DNA from: a virus
DNA: 29,637 bases
Strand: one strand, 5' to 3'
IMG/VR virus record: IMGVR_UViG_3300022932_000014
Location: 1 to 29,637 of that record
Under the pieces are notes generated by a model that saw only the letters and a program-made list of their open reading frames with translations, made no database searches and was not told where the DNA came from. Below, piece by piece: positions 15,701 through 24,315 of the stretch (position 1 is its first letter; every line of letters starts with the position of its first letter). A program made the position numbers and the translations under genes.

Positions 15701-18700
15701 AATGCTTTTATCCATTCTAATCTGTGTCGCCCGTAATTTACAACTACAGAACTAATTGCTGATAATGCTCCTGCTATAATAGAAAGCACAATACCTGCTG
15801 GATTGACAGATACTACAAATCCTGCGGCAACTCTATAGTTCTCCCCTGCATTTGCCAACTGTACTGCAACTTCTGTAGCTACCTCTAGTCCTGCTAATAA
15901 TCCTGCTAAGTCTTTTGCTTTTCTTGTTAAGATTACAAATTTTGGATGATCTTTTACTTCATTAAAATAACTGTTATCTGTTTGTCCAAATACATATCCC
16001 TGCACAGATAATTCTGTTGGTAGTGTGTATCTATAATAATCTGTTTCTGGACTGTGATAAGTGAATTTATCGTTCTTTAATCCATTGTAAGGATGTGGGA
16101 TAAATGTTGTTCTACTTCTGTCTGAATAATTTAAAATATCACTTCCTAAATCATTATAAGGATAATTAGAATAGTAAATAGACTGTGTTTTGTCATTATC
16201 ATCTATATACTTTCTCATATCAAATATAAGACCTGAAGACATTATACTTCTATCTTGTGCTATATCTCCTCTGAAGATTTCATATCCTGATATTTGATTT
16301 CTTTTTTCTTCACTTAATAATCCGTTATTGACCGAGATATCTAAGAATGAATTGATTGTAGTTTCATCTATTGTTATTCCTAATGGATATATCACTGAAT
16401 CACTTTGAGTCAATTGAGGATTTTCATACATGAAAGGACTAACCTTATTATCAGGAAATTTAAAATGTCTTATATTTCTACAAGTAAAATTTACTAAAGG
16501 TTTTTCAACACTATCTTTCTTCCACTGGTAATTGCCTTCTGAATCTAAAATAGGTATGAACACCTCTGAAATAGTTGTACCTTCTACAAATTCTAATTCA
16601 AATTTTTCTCTTTGAAAGATATTTATATCCGCAGGTTTTATTTTTAAAGTGCTAGAATCATATAAAGAAGTATTATCGGGATAAATCTCTTGACTTTCCC
16701 AATAAGCAAAATCTCCTTTTTTATATGGAGTGGCTATACATGAATTTGCAACAGGTTTATTGAATGTACAAGTTGCCGTGTAAGTTTGTTTTTTATCTAT
16801 TCTTATAGATTCATAAGTTACATCTATTCTGGAGTATTCTCTACTTCTAATAACTACAGCAAAACACCCACTTAAAGGTGCTGTTCTGTACACTATTTCT
16901 TCTGCGCAATTCTCTTGGCTTATGATTTTAGCATCAATAGCTACATAAAAGTTTTGACCTGAAATTTGACCTATATTTGTAGAAATTCCTGCTTCATTAG
17001 TAATAGTCCAATCTAAAGAGTTATCTGCTTTCTGGAAAAACAACATCTCTCCTTGTGTTGCATCTACTACTTTAGAATATAAAGGTGTTGTTGAATTACA
17101 TTTATTATAAATAGAAAATCTTATATCATTTCCTGCTGAAATATTATCTGTTTGCTGTAATTCTTTTATTTTAGATACTTCTAATACGAATCTATCTCTA
17201 CTTAATATATCTCCCTTAAACCATAAAACTCCTTTGTGTAATTTATTTGTCCATTCTGCTCCTGAAGCAACTGTATCTTTTGTTGTTTGAAGTTCTGCTA
17301 CAGTTTCTGCCCCATAATAATCATGAAAATATCCTTGATTAAAACTACTTGTAGGTGTAACTTCTGCAATTGCATCAGCATATGTACATTCTAAATTTTC
17401 AAATTGAAGAGTTCTGTAAAAAGCAGTTCTTGGTTGAGGGGGGAATCCTCCTCTACATTGCATAAAAGCAGTTTCAAAATCTGTATTTCTTTTTGGATTC
17501 CCTGTACTTGTATCTAATTCATAAATTGTACAAGTTTGTGGAGGTTTTGTTTTAATATACTCTGTTGGGAAAACAGCATCCACCATAGTAGCAGATTCTC
17601 CGACAATGGCTCCTACAATTAATTCTTCATCATCTAATATGGGCGCTTCACAATTATTATAATTTGGTGTGCAATTTAAGTTACTATAACAGTCTATATC
17701 AAAATAATTACAGAAAGGGTAAGAATTTGCATCAGAAGGAGACGGACAATTTGCATAAGTTAAACAATCACCATTAGTAATAGTGTCAGTTATAAAGGTT
17801 GTTAAATCTACGTAATTCTGAGTTGTTTCTATACTAAATGTTGCGCCTGGTGTAGTGGTAACATTTTGATAAACACAGTTTTTTTGAATGTCTTCCTGTA
17901 CTTCAACTATTTCCAAAGAGTCAGAAGAACAAAAATCTTCATCTTCAGTTGCTGTATTATAATATTGCCAATATTTAGTTCTGTCTGTTGAATTACAAGC
18001 GCTTTTATTTGACTCTATAGAAATTCTATCTTTATTAGTGATAGGCACTTCTATTAAATCATTTTCTTTTGCATTTCTATTAATTAAAGGAAATAAAGAT
18101 GTTTTATAACCACCTTCTAATAAAAATCTTATAGAGTAAGGTACTACTTCATCTCTATTGATAGATAAATATAGTGAGTCTTTTACTCCGTCTTTATATA
18201 GATCTTCTTTAGCTATATGTGTTTGCCACTTTAAAAAAGAACCTAATAAATTAACTACAGGTTGCAGATTTATTTCTTTTTCAGTTGTTATTCCCGCGCC
18301 TATTAATGAATTATTACTCTCAGTTAAAAATTCCCAGCGTTGAATATATAAATTCTCTCTGATTAAATCAGATAATTCAATTGTTTGTTTATTTTGTTCC
18401 CCTCCATAAATAACTGTTGTGTCGTTTATATTGTGAATTCCTTCTATGAAAAATCGTGTCACTCCAACATCCTCTAAAGTTGTTTGAATAACTGCAATTT
18501 TATAATGTGTAAATCTTTTATCTAAATTACCAACTTGAAGTTTAATAGAAAAATTAGTTGGTGTTCCTAATTCTGCTTGAGTTAAAGTAACATTATTTCT
18601 GTCAAATATTTGAATAGGGTTAGTTATAGAAGTATATTCTGATATTTCATTACCTAATTGATCTGTATAAGCAATTAGAAACTCATAAGTCCCTAATTTG

Positions 18701-19413
18701 AGTCTTCCTCCTAATTCAATTGAAACTGGAGTTAATTCTGGTAAGTTATATCTTTTAAAAATAAGAAGTTTATCTGCGTCTAAACAGGTAGGAACTATTT
18801 CATCTACTCCGCAATTAATATCTCCTGTTTGTTTATATTGTTGTAAATTATCTAATACTATGTATCTAGGAGGTGTATTGTCATCAGTGAAGTATATTGT
18901 TTTACCACACTTCTCATTTTTTATAACTGTTTTTTTTATCGGCGAGTTAACAGAAAATTGAAATCCTTTTTCTGGTTCCCCCGCTAATATGTGACATTCA
19001 TCACTAAGTAATGTTTCATATATATTTAGTTCTGTCTGCGTAATATTTTCTAATGGTTCCGCTAAATCAAAGTATTTTACACATCCTTCACAATCATTCT
19101 GCAAGTCGTCTATATTTTGAATTTGCTGAACATTTTTTATCTGGCCAAATTCTCCCACGCCTGTTGTAGGATTTACTAGGAAGAAATAGGTTGAATTGGA
19201 ATAAATATCATTTGTACCATTAATTACTTTAAATCCTGCTTTAAATCTAGAGGAAAGTAAATTAGACATCTCATTGGTTAAAGTGAAACTTCCTCCATCT
19301 ATCCCATCAAAAAGGCCATTCAAAAGAGTTGAGTAATCAGCTTCTCCTAAATTATATTGATCTCTATTTAATCCTCTTTGAGGTTGATTTAATTTTATAT
19401 CTGGTTTAGCCAA
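12712..19413 (-). CDS. Tail stabilisation/muzzle protein (P22 gp10-like, crAss-type), N-terminal part, with C-terminal PKD-like and LRR domains (2233 aa, TTG start)
   Basis: GLNRD...LTNEMSN start, RDEVVPYSIRF, FAYWES.E.YP, IRHFKFPDN, FGGDTFISR, VDAKRG, GMRNWFKEHLPF, GYDSRFRRVFITKKDY. Lies directly downstream of the tail tubular gene. Confidence 0.8.
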   Translation of the reverse strand: MAKPDIKLNQPQRGLNRDQYNLGEADYSTLLNGLFDGIDGGSFTLTNEMSNLLSSRFKAGFKVINGTNDIYSNSTYFFLVNPTTGVGEFGQIKNVQQIQNIDDLQNDCEGCVKYFDLAEPLENITQTELNIYETLLSDECHILAGEPEKGFQFSVNSPIKKTVIKNEKCGKTIYFTDDNTPPRYIVLDNLQQYKQTGDINCGVDEIVPTCLDADKLLIFKRYNLPELTPVSIELGGRLKLGTYEFLIAYTDQLGNEISEYTSITNPIQIFDRNNVTLTQAELGTPTNFSIKLQVGNLDKRFTHYKIAVIQTTLEDVGVTRFFIEGIHNINDTTVIYGGEQNKQTIELSDLIRENLYIQRWEFLTESNNSLIGAGITTEKEINLQPVVNLLGSFLKWQTHIAKEDLYKDGVKDSLYLSINRDEVVPYSIRFLLEGGYKTSLFPLINRNAKENDLIEVPITNKDRISIESNKSACNSTDRTKYWQYYNTATEDEDFCSSDSLEIVEVQEDIQKNCVYQNVTTTPGATFSIETTQNYVDLTTFITDTITNGDCLTYANCPSPSDANSYPFCNYFDIDCYSNLNCTPNYNNCEAPILDDEELIVGAIVGESATMVDAVFPTEYIKTKPPQTCTIYELDTSTGNPKRNTDFETAFMQCRGGFPPQPRTAFYRTLQFENLECTYADAIAEVTPTSSFNQGYFHDYYGAETVAELQTTKDTVASGAEWTNKLHKGVLWFKGDILSRDRFVLEVSKIKELQQTDNISAGNDIRFSIYNKCNSTTPLYSKVVDATQGEMLFFQKADNSLDWTITNEAGISTNIGQISGQNFYVAIDAKIISQENCAEEIVYRTAPLSGCFAVVIRSREYSRIDVTYESIRIDKKQTYTATCTFNKPVANSCIATPYKKGDFAYWESQEIYPDNTSLYDSSTLKIKPADINIFQREKFELEFVEGTTISEVFIPILDSEGNYQWKKDSVEKPLVNFTCRNIRHFKFPDNKVSPFMYENPQLTQSDSVIYPLGITIDETTINSFLDISVNNGLLSEEKRNQISGYEIFRGDIAQDRSIMSSGLIFDMRKYIDDNDKTQSIYYSNYPYNDLGSDILNYSDRSRTTFIPHPYNGLKNDKFTYHSPETDYYRYTLPTELSVQGYVFGQTDNSYFNEVKDHPKFVILTRKAKDLAGLLAGLEVATEVAVQLANAGENYRVAAGFVVSVNPAGIVLSIIAGALSAISSVVVNYGRHRLEWIKAFRDLGQPENFSSYFHSSAKYNYMQLLQENGNQIRSLYSAKYLKEGNFSQVDDVTGEKISINNLDREKSVLLTLGVSNTLNYPTEYVSFDNNKIDTNTSSLTIASQNNACTTGISKVIKKNVANPYVALKNYLPSQYGTINSIKWLSTGYRGDLKNPKTTCLSIFGGDTFISRHTLKRKMPLFTDTAFGLASLTPFNYKFYSNIGREPRFYVDYEVMTDYRRQSALFPDIDYDLKFDCETKQTNYYRPPSKFYLYYYGVPNFLTETRINTWNRTAEPTLERNFYPNTGDTSEWTQEKNVSIKKGEFFFYNQIYSKPVTTTAYRTLSDNFDQSESDCRNDKPNGIMWSQPDNSENNYNDPYLNYKPLDFYEFDSKYGKLKDIRTIEREQILIRQENATSLFNAIDVAVDDGKRADSRNLSSAFARRPMTYSETDLGFGGTGSSESVSCEFGHYHVDAKRGQVIEIPSGGQGMNEISSLINGKPSGMRNWFKEHLPFKILKSQIANISDLDTDNAINGVGIAMGYDSRFRRVFITKKDYIPKVDPCLKFDKNIGFYTDCGESEITCPIGYEYNPITELCEKTTLSGTLCPDGYIYDEDTQTCTLSTTVPADCDCEATVVATPPSQNINSGQTTNITLSGDPGALFTWTVVQSGVTGATSGSGTSITDLLINDGITSGTAVYTITPTIDGCISITTVVTVTVQPPAINFDVVSTNWGTLSTVSAWESFFLTQSGTTFATITNFSLVGGRVRFRVNTNMTSLIIDSKNVTTVNIVKIPSLTGLNFVTNSIVVFDPIEALSNGLLNLSLQNNNIVTFNPAIPLPTSLKNLNLVSNDIVTFNPTTPLPNGLETLNLQANKIVTFNPTIPLPTSLKNLNLATNDIVIFNPSLALPSGLLDLGLQVNEIVTFNPTIPLPSSLQQLFLNANDIVIFNPSLALPNSLQRLYLNNNKITVTSWNTETSWIALAGNNGILEASSNIPALGITGTNTETLLLAKGWTIIP
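12860..13380 (-). repeat. Leucine-rich repeat array: about 8 units of 23 aa (69 bp)
   Basis: Consensus LxxLxLxxNxIVxFNPxxxLPxx. 12903-12944 is identical to 13041-13082 (42 bp); 13090-13140 matches 13228-13278 (51 bp, 1 mismatch). Confidence 0.9.
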
Positions 19414-19435
19414 AACTGTACTTTATTTTTAATTG

Positions 19436-20305
19436 TTAACCTCTGCCGAAATTATTGAATTTTCTAAATCTCTTATCTCTTCTTTGTTTTAACCCTTCGT
19501 CCCAATTTTCTCCTGTGATAGAATTAAACCTTACTTGTGCTAAAGCAGCTGTTTTATCTTTTTGTGACTCCCCTTTGTAAAACTGTAATTTAGTTAGTAC
19601 GTTAGCGTCATCGTCATTTGCCCAAACCAATTCAAATACTTTGGCTTTCCCTGATGAAATAAGATATTTATAAATATTTTTATTTGGGTCTTCGGGTAAA
19701 ATAATTTCTTCCTCTTCATCAACTAATAGTCCTTGATACCAGATACATATAAACCCATTTGAGAAATTTGTTTGTAAAGTATTATTTATAATATTTATAT
19801 GATAAGGTGATGATTTAACATATACATTTTCACATTTTAAATCTAATTTACTTTTATCAAATCCAGGAACTAATTTTAAAATAGTGTTATTTCCATAGTA
19901 AAAATTAGCTTTTAAATCTCTATTAAAAAAATAAGTTTTCTCTTCTACATACTTATAGTCTCCTTCTAATATTTTTGAACCGTTGTCCCAAATTTCAGAG
20001 GCTTCTTTTCTAACTCTATAAAAATAACTGTTTATTAATTCTGGCTCGTTGCAGTCTGCTTCTGGAACACATCCTATCGGACTTGTTTTTACAGCTTTAG
20101 TGAGCGAGAAAAAGTTATCAGGCAAAGTAGCTTGGCCGTTTTTAATTTGTAATACATGGGAATATACTTCCATGACATTACCGCCAAAACCTTTTAGCTC
20201 ATTTAATAAGAATAGTTTTAATGAGATGTCGTCAATCAATCCCATTTCATCATACATTTTTAAATCTGATGTTATGTCGGCCAGTACATTTTTTAATGTT
20301 GTCAT
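19436..20305 (-). CDS. Tail tubular/ring protein (crAss Ttub-like, P22 gp4-like)
   Basis: IKNGQATLPDNF and LQTNFSNGFICIWYQG..VDEE..I.LP motifs. Sits between the IHF-like and muzzle genes. ATGA overlap with the upstream gene. Confidence 0.7.
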   Translation of the reverse strand: MTTLKNVLADITSDLKMYDEMGLIDDISLKLFLLNELKGFGGNVMEVYSHVLQIKNGQATLPDNFFSLTKAVKTSPIGCVPEADCNEPELINSYFYRVRKEASEIWDNGSKILEGDYKYVEEKTYFFNRDLKANFYYGNNTILKLVPGFDKSKLDLKCENVYVKSSPYHINIINNTLQTNFSNGFICIWYQGLLVDEEEEIILPEDPNKNIYKYLISSGKAKVFELVWANDDDANVLTKLQFYKGESQKDKTAALAQVRFNSITGENWDEGLKQRRDKRFRKFNNFGRG

Positions 20306-20898
20306 TTCAATATTGGGGGATCAATTTTAGAATTTTCTCGGCCATATAAATTATTCAATAACATAAATGACATTCTATATTTTTTACTTTTTTTTCTAAG
20401 TCTGTATTTCAAACTATTGATTAGTCGTTGATCAAAAGCTTTATCCATTGTCCATTGTTGCATGGAACTATCTTTTCTTATCGGCATAAAAACTGGACTA
20501 TACATGCAACCCATAGTTTGTAAATACTTTCCTTTAACTAAATAGCCATCAATATAGAAATTTCTTATTTTTCTTTCAGGGTGGCGCATCATACAGAAAT
20601 ATCCAAAACCTTCTATAAATACACCTGCTTCATTTTCTAACATACGTTTCTTAATTTCTTTAAGGCATTCTCGCATTAGAAAGAATAATTTTTGTTTAGC
20701 TATCCGTTTTTTATACTTTGTCTTTTGTCTGTAAAACTTATGTGCTCGAGGAGAAAATATTAATTCGGACTTTAAAAATTTAGTACTTTCTTCATATAAA
20801 GGTTCGGGAAGCTGTTTTGTAGGTGGTATTTGTTTTTTATGATTAGTACATCTAAACACCCTTTTTACAGCATCTCTTTTTAAATATTTCTTAGCCAT
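20302..20898 (-). CDS. Basic IHF/HU-like DNA-binding protein
   Basis: Very K/R-rich. Helix followed by GVFIEGFGYF, resembling the HU/IHF V.I.GFG.F signature. crAss-like phages carry an IHF-like gene before Ttub. Confidence 0.6.
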   Translation of the reverse strand: MAKKYLKRDAVKRVFRCTNHKKQIPPTKQLPEPLYEESTKFLKSELIFSPRAHKFYRQKTKYKKRIAKQKLFFLMRECLKEIKKRMLENEAGVFIEGFGYFCMMRHPERKIRNFYIDGYLVKGKYLQTMGCMYSPVFMPIRKDSSMQQWTMDKAFDQRLINSLKYRLRKKSKKYRMSFMLLNNLYGRENSKIDPPILK

Positions 20899-21556
20899 TA
20901 GGATTTAAATTCGGATTTGTATCTTCTTGAATTTGCTTAGTTAAAGATAACTGTTTTAATGTTTCCTGGACTACAACTTCTTCTAATTTATTAGGACAGA
21001 CAAATTCAAAATCCCAAACAGAATCACATTTATTTTTACTGCATTCAGATATTTGCTCTAACTCATATAAGTCCTGAGAAATTAAATATAAGTTTCCCGT
21101 ATAAAATTCATAATCTGGGATGTAAATATAATTGTCTTTGATGTAAAAATACTTTTTATTTGTTTTTCCCGTTCTTTCCTTATTTTTTCGGTATTGTGTG
21201 GCTGTTATAGGATCAAATGCATAACTTCCGTCTATACTTGTAACTTCTTTTAAGGTGTGTCCATATTTTGACCAAATAAGTTCTGGAATCTTTTTCTTAC
21301 TTCTCATTAAAGTCTTGCAAGTTTTAAATTCCACTATTGGGCAATCTATAATGTCAATGTTTTTAAATTCCGTACAAGGTATTTCTTTATATATATTAGC
21401 TTCTCTGTATAAACTTTTATCATTTAATTTCTGACTAATATAAAATTTTGCTTTGCTCTCTAAAGTAGATAATACAAGCCTCCTACTAATTCTACTATCT
21501 TTGGAATCAGCTTTTAGTGTGTCTAATACAATAGATGTTATTTCTAAGTTTGTCAT
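20891..21556 (-). CDS. crAss-like tail ring/adaptor protein
   Basis: DSRISRRLV...MRSKKKIP...VTSIDG...YFYIKDNYIYIP...EF.CP pattern, plus gene order. Confidence 0.6.
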   Translation of the reverse strand: MTNLEITSIVLDTLKADSKDSRISRRLVLSTLESKAKFYISQKLNDKSLYREANIYKEIPCTEFKNIDIIDCPIVEFKTCKTLMRSKKKIPELIWSKYGHTLKEVTSIDGSYAFDPITATQYRKNKERTGKTNKKYFYIKDNYIYIPDYEFYTGNLYLISQDLYELEQISECSKNKCDSVWDFEFVCPNKLEEVVVQETLKQLSLTKQIQEDTNPNLNPNG

Positions 21557-21560
21557 GTTG

Positions 21561-21592
21561 CAAATTTAGTGATATTTAATTACTTTAACAAA
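21561..21592 (-). promoter_or_regulatory. Bacteroidota-type promoter for the tail-core operon (probably leaderless)
   Basis: TTTG-N20-TAAATTTG-CAAC-ATG. Confidence 0.8.
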
Positions 21593-21604
21593 TTACTTAA
21601 TTTT

Positions 21605-21634
21605 AAACAAAAAGGAGAGCATTTCTACTCTCCT
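21605..21634 (-). terminator. Intrinsic terminator closing the fibre cluster
   Basis: AGGAGAGTA-GAAA-TGCTCTCCT (9-bp stem, GNRA loop) followed by TTTTGTTT. A second hairpin AATATAGG...CCTATATT (21640-21666) precedes it. Confidence 0.85.
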
Positions 21635-21667
21635 CGTTGAATATAGGATGACCAAAAACCTATATTT

Positions 21668-22252
21668 TTAACAAACTTCATTCGTATGTATCCTATTGAA
21701 AGTATTTGTAAATAATATATTTGATGTAGCTAAATCAGTTACTTTTATAAATATAGAACTTGTGAAACCTACTCCTGCTTTTGCATTCATACCAAATATA
21801 TAAGTGGTATCAGTAGATATATTAACTGTAGTGTCTGTATCAATTCCTGTCTGACCAGGTAAAACGGGTAGTCCTATGACAGGGATATAAGTAGCAACAC
21901 TTAAAAAATTAGATGTTATCTCTACGGTTACTGTGGCCTCTGGTAGTATTCTGATTGTAAATATTCCATCACAATTATCCTGCACTATTGTTATTTTTTT
22001 AATTGTATCAGGTATGCAAAGACCGTTATTAGTTATAGATGTATCAACTGTCTTTACTATACTGTTCTCTATTGCGCAAAATGTTTCACTTGTCATTCCA
22101 TCAACTCCCCCGACACTGCTATTTACTAATATTGATGTACAATCTAAATAGCTATAAGCTTGAGATAAAGGGTCTGACGAACTAACTGTATAATTTATAC
22201 AATTTGTTGATTGTGTTTCTGTCTTAAATATTAATTTTTTTATGTTGTTCAT
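21668..22252 (-). CDS. Hypothetical beta-rich virion/fibre-associated protein (194 aa)
   Basis: Co-oriented ORF 3 nt after the upstream stop; T/S/I/V-rich with spaced Cys; no family recognised. Confidence 0.55.
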   Translation of the reverse strand: MNNIKKLIFKTETQSTNCINYTVSSSDPLSQAYSYLDCTSILVNSSVGGVDGMTSETFCAIENSIVKTVDTSITNNGLCIPDTIKKITIVQDNCDGIFTIRILPEATVTVEITSNFLSVATYIPVIGLPVLPGQTGIDTDTTVNISTDTTYIFGMNAKAGVGFTSSIFIKVTDLATSNILFTNTFNRIHTNEVC

Positions 22253-22255
22253 ATC

Positions 22256-23596
22256 TTAGGCTTTAGTGTCAGCAATCAGGTCAAAAGAGTTACTTGTACC
22301 TATTTGTTCTAATCCTACAGCATATCCTTGACCTTTAATCTTTAACCCTATAGGATTAGTTATGGTTGTACCTGAGCCTACAAATGTTACATCAGCTGTT
22401 CCTTTTTGAGTAAATCCTGCGAAGAAGTTTTCTGGTAATCCTGATGGAACTGTAATTGTAATTGGGGTTGCTCCATTATTAATTTTAATGCTATAATTGT
22501 TATCTGCCTCCAATAAAGTGTAGTTTGTAGTTATTGCTTTTTGTAAATTAACTGTTTCTACAGTATAGGGTGTTGCAATAGTTCCGTTTCCTGTTACTAC
22601 TGTAGTTATTCCACTATTTAATTTGGTTTCAGATCCATCTTGTGTATTACTTATTACAAATGGTGATCCTGATGTACCTGCGCCTGTTACTGAGATGTTT
22701 GTCCCTGCATTTATTACTGTAGAGGCTCCTGTGGCAGTTGAATTAATTATGTAAGGAGTCGCCGTAGTTCCGTTTCCTGTTATAGTTACATTAGTGCCTG
22801 CACTAACTTTGGTTTCACTCCCATCAACTATTGGTATTTGGTCTACAGTTGCTAGTACTCTTGTTCCTGACCCCGATCCATTTGGAAATAATAAATTGAC
22901 ATCATTATATAGAGGAGTTTCAAATCTTACTTTAATTTTTTTATTATTAACAAAATCAACTTGTTGCCTTAGTTCTATTATTCCGCCTGAAATAGACATA
23001 ACTCCAATATCAAAAATACCGTCGTGGCCATAATTACCACTTAAAGTTGTAACATTTCCACCTATACTGAAATTACCTGATTGTATGTTAGCTCCAGGAT
23101 TTTCTATAATTTGTGCAAGAAATTGAGTAGGTGTCAGGTTGTACTCGGCTGTACTTCCTTGAGTAGCAGTATTACCCGTATCCAATACACTTTGCAAATC
23201 TTGTAATTCAGGCACAGAAACAGATAACTGTATTTCATTAGTACTTGGGGTAATTACAATTGATCCGTCTGATGTTATTGTTTTCAGTTCTTTTCGTCCG
23301 ATTCCATCAACTCCTTTGTATATTTGAGCACCTGACCCTACATTCACTAAATTAATAGACGCAATTAGTTCTGCAATAGCTGTACAAATATATTCATCAA
23401 GTTGTTGTACGGCCTCTGTAAAAACCGTTCCTGCTGAGACACCTGAGCATTCTAAATCTTGTGCCAAAACAATGCAATCTGTGGAAAGATCTGCAACTGG
23501 GCATGTACAGGGTTCTGGAGGACATAGTGGATTACAAAGACTGAATTGAGGTTCTGGTTGACAACCACAATTATTTTGTTGGCAATTAGTGCACAT
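22256..23596 (-). CDS. Tail fibre-like protein with Cys-rich N-terminus and DGSETK/AGTNV repeats (446 aa)
   Basis: MCTNCQQNNCGC...; LQSVLDTGNT fibre motif; three ~30-aa repeats; beta-rich C-terminal tip. Confidence 0.65.
   Translation of the reverse strand: MCTNCQQNNCGCQPEPQFSLCNPLCPPEPCTCPVADLSTDCIVLAQDLECSGVSAGTVFTEAVQQLDEYICTAIAELIASINLVNVGSGAQIYKGVDGIGRKELKTITSDGSIVITPSTNEIQLSVSVPELQDLQSVLDTGNTATQGSTAEYNLTPTQFLAQIIENPGANIQSGNFSIGGNVTTLSGNYGHDGIFDIGVMSISGGIIELRQQVDFVNNKKIKVRFETPLYNDVNLLFPNGSGSGTRVLATVDQIPIVDGSETKVSAGTNVTITGNGTTATPYIINSTATGASTVINAGTNISVTGAGTSGSPFVISNTQDGSETKLNSGITTVVTGNGTIATPYTVETVNLQKAITTNYTLLEADNNYSIKINNGATPITITVPSGLPENFFAGFTQKGTADVTFVGSGTTITNPIGLKIKGQGYAVGLEQIGTSNSFDLIADTKA
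22550..22825 (-). repeat. Three ~30-aa repeats (DGSETKVSAGTNVTITGNGTTATPYIINS type)
   Basis: Visible in the translation; DGSETK at 22808-22825 and 22622-22639. Confidence 0.8.
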
Positions 23597-23608
23597 AAAT
23601 TATTATTG

Positions 23609-23854
23609 TTATGCGTTCTCTAACGCGGTTATTCTTGTTTCAAAGTTTGCTCCTTGAGCTTCTAAAACTAATATTCTATTTCTTGCGTCTACTAATGAAA
23701 GTAAATAAGCATTTAAAACTGTTGTTATTGTTGAATTAGGTGGTAAATTTAAGTAAGTGATTGCAGTTTCTAACACTACACAGTTTGCGCTTACTTGTTC
23801 TCCATGACATTCATCTTCTATTATTACAGGTATTATTGACTCTTGACAGCTCAT
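23609..23854 (-). CDS. Small Cys-motif coiled-coil structural protein (81 aa)
   Basis: CHGEQVSANCV followed by heptads RILVLEA...RITALENA. Confidence 0.6.
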   Translation of the reverse strand: MSCQESIIPVIIEDECHGEQVSANCVVLETAITYLNLPPNSTITTVLNAYLLSLVDARNRILVLEAQGANFETRITALENA

Positions 23855-23863
23855 ATTTTTAAA

Positions 23864-24313
23864 TTATCCATTATTTATGCAAATTTTTTCTGCTACTACT
23901 TTCATCCAATCTCCTAATGTTAAAATAGAATTATCACAAGGATCTACTAGACATCCTATTACATCTAAACAATCTCCAATTGGTTTTGAACAAATAGCTT
24001 CTGTTTCTAATTCTGTAACTCTATTTTTTAAGTCGCATATCTCAGCTTCAAATTTAAGTAGTGCATTTTTTACAATTATTTTTCCTTCTGTTGTTACATA
24101 CTCCAGACAAGATTCTCCTAATTCTGATAAGTCAATTTCATTTTTTATTTCCCCTACTTGATTGTACAAATCCTGTGTTACTTGTTCTTGATCTAGACAT
24201 AATTCTTCTGCTAATTCTGACTGTGAGTTTGGTGTCCCCTCAAAATCTACGCATGCTGAATAGCTTCTGGTTCCGCAGGTATTACTTACTTTATTACCGC
24301 AATTTTTTGCCAT
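23864..24313 (-). CDS. Cys-rich coiled-coil structural protein (149 aa)
   Basis: Start moved to ATG 24313 (MAKNCGNK), 2 nt after the upstream stop, which removes a long overlap. CGTRSYSACV motif and LKNRVTELE coiled coil. Confidence 0.65.
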   Translation of the reverse strand: MAKNCGNKVSNTCGTRSYSACVDFEGTPNSQSELAEELCLDQEQVTQDLYNQVGEIKNEIDLSELGESCLEYVTTEGKIIVKNALLKFEAEICDLKNRVTELETEAICSKPIGDCLDVIGCLVDPCDNSILTLGDWMKVVAEKICINNG

Positions 24314-24315
24314 TT

